From an uncultured archaeon (lineage in GTDB: Archaea > Micrarchaeota > Micrarchaeia > Anstonellales > Bilamarchaeaceae), in assembly GCA_963734525.1 (NCBI GenBank), contig CAVTHI010000001.1:25637-89636 (forward strand): DNA of 64,000 nucleotides, read 5' to 3'. Position 1 is the first letter of the stretch, and each line of letters starts with the position of its first letter. A program made the translations under genes and the position numbers. Below the pieces are notes generated by a model, which was given only the letters and a program-made list of their open reading frames with translations, was not told the origin of the DNA and did not search any database. Positions 57,786 to 64,000 of this stretch are shown here, piece by piece.

Positions 57786-58876
57786 GCGACGCTGCCAACA
57801 CGAAGCTCCAGGCCATGGGGAAACAGATGGTCGAGCAGGTCAAGAAAGGCGAGGGGCCGACATTCGAGACGGTCCTCCGCACGAGAAGCAACACCATTTT
57901 CGACGAGGGGCTTGGATGCCTCAGGACCGGCGACAAGAAGGAACTCAGGAAGTTCCTGAGCGTCGCCCAGGCCCGCACGTTCATGCAGACCGTCGCCATC
58001 GCCGCCAAGAGCAGGCAGTTCCTGAAAGAGAACCTGCATACCTCGATCAGGGGCCTTTTCTACCAGCTGAAATTCACGCTCGGCGAGGACATCGACGAGG
58101 ACCTGTTCACCGAGCAGTCGGAATCCAACGCCCTCATCGAGGATTTGGAGGTCGCCCTTAAAATCAAGCGCGAGGACCTGAACCTGACAACGGACAGGAA
58201 GGGGTTCGTCGCCGGGCCGATGACCATCCTCGACCGCTTCGGCGGCGATGATACGCTGATTGATTTGGAGAAGCAGGGCCGCAGCGGCTGGAGCATACCG
58301 TCCGACGTGGATAATGGCATGGAGATAAAGAAGCTCGACGCCGATTACGTGCTGGTCGTCGAGAAGGACGCGCTCTGGCAGAGGCTGAACGAGGACAAGT
58401 TCTGGAAGAAGGAGAACTGCCTGCTGATCACGCCGAAAGGGCAGTCGACGCGCGGCACGCGCAGGCTGCTCCGCAAGCTCGCGGACAAGAAGCTCCCGAT
58501 TTACTGCCTCATGGACTGCGATGCCTGGGGATGGTACATATACTGGACCATCAAGACCGGGAGCATGAACCTGGCATATCTCGGACGCGATTTCGCGGTC
58601 CCTGAAGCGAAGTTCCTCGGCGTCACGATGAGCGACATCAAGGAGTTCGATTTCCTCGACAAGCTCACCATCAAGGCCAAGGACGTCGACGTGAAGCGCG
58701 CCGAGGAGATGCTCGGATACCCCTGGATAAACCGCTATGCTGACTGGGTGCGCGAGCTGAAGATGGTCCTGAAGACGAGGAAGAAAATCGAGCAGGACGC
58801 CCTGCAGGGGCAGAGGCTCACCTTCGTCGGCGAGTACATAAACAAGAAAATCAAGAACAAGGAATGGCTGTCATAG
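57782..58876 (+). CDS. top6A: DNA topoisomerase VI subunit A
   Basis: RGLFY (catalytic Tyr), VEKDA, KGQ and DCDAWG motifs. Confidence 0.96.
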   Translation: MSDAANTKLQAMGKQMVEQVKKGEGPTFETVLRTRSNTIFDEGLGCLRTGDKKELRKFLSVAQARTFMQTVAIAAKSRQFLKENLHTSIRGLFYQLKFTLGEDIDEDLFTEQSESNALIEDLEVALKIKREDLNLTTDRKGFVAGPMTILDRFGGDDTLIDLEKQGRSGWSIPSDVDNGMEIKKLDADYVLVVEKDALWQRLNEDKFWKKENCLLITPKGQSTRGTRRLLRKLADKKLPIYCLMDCDAWGWYIYWTIKTGSMNLAYLGRDFAVPEAKFLGVTMSDIKEFDFLDKLTIKAKDVDVKRAEEMLGYPWINRYADWVRELKMVLKTRKKIEQDALQGQRLTFVGEYINKKIKNKEWLS

Positions 58877-59045
58877 GCGCATTTAGCCACATGCGGATTC
58901 GGCCGGCTATGCGGGCATTCGAACGTTCTAATTTTTCATTTTTCCAGTTGCTTATAAGCGGCGCCGCGTGCCCGGATGATTGGGAAACTCAGCCCGTCGA
59001 ATTGAATCCGCCGCTGAACTGCCTGTGCCGCGGCCCCCACCCCGT

Positions 59046-61586
59046 TCAGCTGCCGCTAGGGATGCTCGGCGCGCTCGCGTTCGAGCTGTTGTTGGGGATG
59101 TACGGCGTCCCGCTTAAGGGGAGCGGGCGCTCCATGAGCTGGAAAAGCCGCTTCCCGTCGGGGCAGAAGTTGTTGTCGCACCCGTTGCTCAGGTAGATGA
59201 AGGCCTCGACCTTCTTCTTGCCAGGGTCGGCCTGCCGCGCGAGGAAAGGCACTTCGCATTCCTGCACGTACTGGATGAAATCCGTGTAGCCGTAGCATTC
59301 GTAGGGCGGGTTCTTCTTCGGGTGCCCGTCCTGGCACCGGCTGTCGCTCTGGCCGTCGGACGAGGCGCAATAGGTCTCGTTGATGGCCCAGCTCTGCGAG
59401 AAGCCGTACGCCCAGCAGTCGCCGTTCGACACGCTGCTTGAGCAGCGCGGGTGGTCCGCGGCCCTGGCCTTCGAGCCCCAGAAGCCGGAGTACATGTTGC
59501 CTGCGATGTATAATGCGAAAAGGTTGTCCTTGTCGAGGTCACCTGCGCCCCAGTTCAGCTTGCCCCTGTTCGTGTTTATCCAGCCCCTGGCGTTCCTCAT
59601 CATCGCCTCTATCTTGAGGGTGCCGATGCAGATGGAATCGGTAGGGACGAATGGGTTGAAATTTGGATTGCATCCTTTTGCGCCGCTAAGGTCGAGATTG
59701 CGCATGCCCGAGCGGGTGAATATGTCTTCATACGGGCCGTCGCCGCCGCCTGGGAAGTTCGGGGCCGGCCAGAACGTGAACGGCGGCTCGAGGCTCTGCA
59801 TTATGCCGACGGCGCACCAGCGCCAGTCCGGCTGCGCGGCCGGAGGCGCGTTCGTGAGGTTCGCGTTGCAGTTGCCGTCCGGGTCGTACATCTCGTCGTA
59901 TGCTATGTCGTAGCACTCGTCCTTGCCCGGCCCGGGCTCGAAGCATCCCGGCCCGTCATAGCCCTGCTTGCAGACCTTCGCCGCCGAGCAGGGGTTGAAG
60001 TCGCTTTCGGTAAGTATGAATGCGCGGACTATCATCGGGTCGAGGTTGCGCGCACTCGCCCACTGGTTGATTTCCGGGAAGCTGTTGCAGTACCGGTCGG
60101 GCGGAACGCCGCCGCCGGGCGAGAGGCTCGTGAAGATGCTTGCAAGCGGCCTGCTGGCATTCGATATCAGGCACGCGTCGCACGTGAAGAGGAGCGGCGC
60201 CGGGGCGCGGAGCTGGTTGGTCTGCTGCTGCATGATGTCGCGCCCTGCGAAAGCGAAACCGCGCATGTAGTCCTGGTTCTCGTTCGCATTGCACGCCGTG
60301 CCCGATTCGTTGCCGAAAAGGATCAGGCGGTTGCCGGAGTTCTGGCCGGAAACGTTGGAGAACGCCTGGCAGCCCCCGTACCATGCCTGGAGGCGCTGCG
60401 CCGTCCTGCCCACGCCGCAGTTCGTGCAGTTGAGGGGGTTCGTGACGCCGATTCCGCCGCTCGTGTTGAATGAATATGGCGCTATGCCTATCACGCCGCG
60501 CTTCTGCAGCGTGGACACCCCGAAGGGGAAGAACGACCCGTATGCGGCGACCACGTCGCTTTCGGTCCAGTTGCACGAGTTGTCGATATCGCTCGTCCCG
60601 GGGTCGAAAAGGACGTACGGGATGATGGAGGGCTTGCTCCAGTTGTAAAGGGAATACATCGAGAAGTTCGTGGCCTGCGAACGGACGCGCGCGGCGTCGC
60701 ATGAATGGACGTACTTGCCGTTGATGCCGTACGCCACGTAGTCGACCTTGTCCGCATCGGCGCCGAGGGCCATCATCACGTCGTTAAGCGCATTGAAGTC
60801 GTTGATTTTCGGGGCGACCGCGATGAAGCAGTATATTTTTCCTGCGGCACGGTCGTTCCTGCACTCCTGGTCGATTGCGCGGACCTGGTTGGCGATTTCC
60901 GGCGCCCTGCTCCGGTCGAAGTCCATCTCCGTGACGACTATCACCGGGCCGACGGGGCCGCTGGAGAGCCTCCCGAGGTAGACATCGTCGCCTTCGGTTC
61001 CTAGTATCCTCGCGATGTCCTGCGTGCGGCTGATGTTGATGTTGGTGCCGTTGCTGTACAGGATGTAGACCGGTATGATGTCCTTGCTGAGGAAGCACAT
61101 CGTGCGCATCGAATCGGGGCGCAGGTACGGAGATTCGTTGTTCCCCACCAGCCACTGGACGGCCATGTTCAGGCGGTCCGAGCAGAACGTGTTCGCCGTG
61201 CCGAAATCGCCGAACGTCGGACCCTGCCCTATCATGAACGGGCGCACCGAAAGGCTCTGGTCCATGGAGGTATTGTTGTAGTTGGCATAGCGCGCCATCT
61301 GCTGGGGCGTGCAGTTCTTGTCGAAATAGCAGTAGCCGCCTATCAGGCTTTGCATGGGGCCGAAGATGTTCGTGCCGTTCCGGCAGACCATGCACCAGCA
61401 GCTTCCGGGCTTGCAGTACTCGACCATGGAGGCGTTGTTGATCGCCACGCGGTTGAGGCCGTCGCGGTAATCCTGTTCGAAGAGCGAGGAGCCGCCGTTC
61501 AGCCTCTGCAGGCATCCCGTGAGCACGATAGCCCCGCCCAGCACGACCGCTATGGCCAGTATGAATGCCGCTCGCCTCGAATCCAT
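59046..61586 (-). CDS. Large Cys-rich lipoprotein with a lytic transglycosylase/lysozyme-like motif
   Basis: Lipobox LTGC; LDPMIVRAFILTESDFNP...AVGIMQ...NPFVPTDSICIG. Confidence 0.65.
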   Translation of the reverse strand: MDSRRAAFILAIAVVLGGAIVLTGCLQRLNGGSSLFEQDYRDGLNRVAINNASMVEYCKPGSCWCMVCRNGTNIFGPMQSLIGGYCYFDKNCTPQQMARYANYNNTSMDQSLSVRPFMIGQGPTFGDFGTANTFCSDRLNMAVQWLVGNNESPYLRPDSMRTMCFLSKDIIPVYILYSNGTNINISRTQDIARILGTEGDDVYLGRLSSGPVGPVIVVTEMDFDRSRAPEIANQVRAIDQECRNDRAAGKIYCFIAVAPKINDFNALNDVMMALGADADKVDYVAYGINGKYVHSCDAARVRSQATNFSMYSLYNWSKPSIIPYVLFDPGTSDIDNSCNWTESDVVAAYGSFFPFGVSTLQKRGVIGIAPYSFNTSGGIGVTNPLNCTNCGVGRTAQRLQAWYGGCQAFSNVSGQNSGNRLILFGNESGTACNANENQDYMRGFAFAGRDIMQQQTNQLRAPAPLLFTCDACLISNASRPLASIFTSLSPGGGVPPDRYCNSFPEINQWASARNLDPMIVRAFILTESDFNPCSAAKVCKQGYDGPGCFEPGPGKDECYDIAYDEMYDPDGNCNANLTNAPPAAQPDWRWCAVGIMQSLEPPFTFWPAPNFPGGGDGPYEDIFTRSGMRNLDLSGAKGCNPNFNPFVPTDSICIGTLKIEAMMRNARGWINTNRGKLNWGAGDLDKDNLFALYIAGNMYSGFWGSKARAADHPRCSSSVSNGDCWAYGFSQSWAINETYCASSDGQSDSRCQDGHPKKNPPYECYGYTDFIQYVQECEVPFLARQADPGKKKVEAFIYLSNGCDNNFCPDGKRLFQLMERPLPLSGTPYIPNNSSNASAPSIPSGS

Positions 61587-61768
61587 GAGGGTATATTTCC
61601 CGTTTCAGGATTAAAATACTAGCGATTCCGGGCAGTTTCGGGCCAGGGGGGCGGATTTTGGGCAGGAATCGCCGGACTGGCCGGTTGTATGGGAAAAAAG
61701 AAATAGAAAAAAGGCCAAGAATGAAATGAATCCATTAGGAAAAGGAAGAAAAAATGAAAAAATAAGGC

Positions 61769-64000
61769 CTAGTACATGGCCTGCTTGCATGCCGAGTTCT
61801 TGCACATGCTCCCGCGGTAGTTGGACATGCCGCACTTCGGGCAGTACACCACCATCGAGAGCTTCTGGGGCTGGACCAGCTTCGAGAGGCCCTGTCCCAT
61901 GCCTTCCGCCATGCCGCGCAGGTTCGAACCGAACCCGCCGCCGCCGTAGCCGTGCTTCGAGCGCGCGACGTATTTCGCGGCAATCTCCTTCGGAGTCGCC
62001 GACTGCGGGAACAGCGGAACCGGCATGTGCCATATGAAGGCAAGCGGGTTGGCCCACCCGAAGAGCGAGTTCTGCAGCACGCCGAAGCCTCTCAGCTCCT
62101 GGTCCCTGCGTATTGCGAGGGACTCGGCTGAAACCGTCCTTCTCGTGGTGTTGTCCATCGCGGCCGAGTAGAGGTCCTTGTCATAGAGGTAGGTTGCCTC
62201 CTTGCTCCTGAAGAGGTACTCCGCCATCGGCGCGTCGGCCTTCATCGTCATCCTATAGTCGTAGAAGGTTTCGCCGGGGTTGACGTCCTCCGTTCTCGCA
62301 TTCGCATAGACACCCTTCTTCTGCAGGAATATGTCCTGCGGCGCCTGCCTCAGGCCGGTCATGTAGTCGTGCCCGGCAAGCTGGTGCCTCTCGAGGCTGC
62401 CTCCGAAGACGTTCATCTTCGCCATCGTGTCGGAGCTCTTGCCGCCGAACCACTTGAATGACATCGGGTTCAGGGACTGCATTGCTTCAAGCACCCTGGG
62501 CTCGGTGTAGTTCCACTGGCGCAGCGCATCCCCGGTGGAGTCCCACTTGGACGCGTAGCCCTGCATGGACATCTGCATGCCCCTCATCATGCTCACGTAC
62601 GGGCGGAGCATCTTGCCTGCCATGTCCATCGGGAATCCGTAGGGCCCCAGGGTGAAGTTCATATACTCGCCCTTGCCCATGAACGCCCTCAGGTTGTCCT
62701 TCACGTTGAAGGGGACGGCAGGGCCGTAGTGGAACGACGCGGCCCACGCCTGGTGGGTTCCGAAGGAGGACGATATCCTCCACGGGTTCCTGTCTATGGC
62801 GTACTGCCATACCTGGACGTATGCGCCGTGCTGGGCCGCGACCGCCCTGTATGCAATCTTCTCCTCGTCGGAGAGGCCGTTCAGTATCTGGCCGGACTGT
62901 ATCTTGTTCGCCAGCTGGAACGAGTGCATCCTCAGCTGGGATGACGTCGGCGTTATGTCGTATGACGTGTTCAGCAGGTTCCCGCCAGCCGCCATCGCTA
63001 CCTTGGAGATGTAGTCCCCGCCGTGCATGCCTATGTCCCTGAAGGGCTTTATCATCGGGCCCATGCTGGGGCCGTCCACGCCGAAGAAGCGCAGCGACGA
63101 GGGCGCGACAGGAGTGACCTGGCGCTTGGCCTCGACCGTGATTGCGCTCTCGTTCCAGAAGCGCCCGTAGTCGTAGGTCCTCTGGGCTCCTTCCCAGAGC
63201 ACGGACGCGAGCACGCGCTCCTTCTCGTAGTTGTACCCGCCCTCCTTGGCCCACTTGACCGCGGAGTCGAGGAATCCGGTCCATTCGGCCGGGTCCTTGG
63301 ACGAGCGCACCTTCTGGAACTGCATCTGGAGGTCGTCCCGGCTGCCGAAGCTGACGACGACGTCCTCCGGTATGAATTTCCGGAGCACGCCCTTCTCGTC
63401 GCGCAGGGCCGTTTCGCCGGCCATGATGCGGTCCGCATCGCTGAGCATCATGCCCTTCTTGTAGTAGGCATAGCCTCCTTCGCCGAGCATGACTACGGCC
63501 TTGTTGGCCTTGGCCACGTCATCGTAGCTCATGTCCCTCGTTATGACCTTCTGGTAGGACTCCTTGTGCGTGTTCATGAGGTCTTTCAGCTTCGCAAGGT
63601 CCTTGGGGCTCGTGAGGTCCATCTTCGAGAGGAACATCAGGTCGGGGTGGTTGTTCTCCATGCCCTTCTCCTGGAGCGCCTTCTCCATGAAGCCGGCCAT
63701 CACGCCCGCGTAGAACCTCGTGGTCTCGCGGGTGGTGCCGTAGGTGTTTTGCCCGAAGTGGGAGTTGAACCTCGACTCGAAGTCCTGCATGAGCGTCTCG
63801 GTTATCGCGAGCTTCTTCACCACCTGGGTCCTCTGCTCCACGGTCCAGCTTGCCGAGCCGGCCATCCGGTTGGCCTGCGCCTCTACCGAGGCGTTGTAGT
63901 AGGGCGTGTAGCTCCTCGTGAACCTGGACTCGGTGGACTGAGCTATCGCGATGTTCTCCCGCGCGCTCAGTTCCGGGATCCAGTGCCTCTTGACATCCAC
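61769..64000 (-). CDS. Large hypothetical protein (C-terminal part only), terminal zinc ribbon
   Basis: Open frame to the window edge; ends CPKC...CKNSAC. Confidence 0.8.
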   Translation of the reverse strand: MDVKRHWIPELSARENIAIAQSTESRFTRSYTPYYNASVEAQANRMAGSASWTVEQRTQVVKKLAITETLMQDFESRFNSHFGQNTYGTTRETTRFYAGVMAGFMEKALQEKGMENNHPDLMFLSKMDLTSPKDLAKLKDLMNTHKESYQKVITRDMSYDDVAKANKAVVMLGEGGYAYYKKGMMLSDADRIMAGETALRDEKGVLRKFIPEDVVVSFGSRDDLQMQFQKVRSSKDPAEWTGFLDSAVKWAKEGGYNYEKERVLASVLWEGAQRTYDYGRFWNESAITVEAKRQVTPVAPSSLRFFGVDGPSMGPMIKPFRDIGMHGGDYISKVAMAAGGNLLNTSYDITPTSSQLRMHSFQLANKIQSGQILNGLSDEEKIAYRAVAAQHGAYVQVWQYAIDRNPWRISSSFGTHQAWAASFHYGPAVPFNVKDNLRAFMGKGEYMNFTLGPYGFPMDMAGKMLRPYVSMMRGMQMSMQGYASKWDSTGDALRQWNYTEPRVLEAMQSLNPMSFKWFGGKSSDTMAKMNVFGGSLERHQLAGHDYMTGLRQAPQDIFLQKKGVYANARTEDVNPGETFYDYRMTMKADAPMAEYLFRSKEATYLYDKDLYSAAMDNTTRRTVSAESLAIRRDQELRGFGVLQNSLFGWANPLAFIWHMPVPLFPQSATPKEIAAKYVARSKHGYGGGGFGSNLRGMAEGMGQGLSKLVQPQKLSMVVYCPKCGMSNYRGSMCKNSACKQAMY

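Overview
GC-rich archaeal chromosomal segment. Topo VI A/B, RtcB, archease, XPF, a LonB-type ATPase, GGTGA-type ribosome-binding sites, intron-containing tRNAs and Cys-rich surface proteins point to an archaeon; DPANN/Micrarchaeota-like is my inference. It holds a compact group-3-like [NiFe]-hydrogenase locus, redox/Fe-S genes, a P3A-type H+-ATPase, a nuclease operon (PIN-like, XPF, MBL), an arcC plus arcE-like arginine catabolism pair, an ABC export cluster, topo VI, three tRNAs (His; Glu and Asn with long introns), a low-GC DUF5678/aspartyl-protease islet and two large uncharacterised proteins at the right end. At least ten genes carry single-base indels that look like sequencing errors. No CRISPR array, rRNA or transposase was seen. 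The strongest unexplained signals are non-coding. One is a tandemly duplicated two-hairpin RNA motif with different but compensating stems and an identical 19-nt C/U-rich loop (20862-21161). The other is a ~240-nt multi-helix RNA leader upstream of a very basic small protein (1085-1322). A Cys-rich lipoprotein with a lytic-transglycosylase-like motif also stands out. All family assignments come from motif recognition by eye, without database searches.
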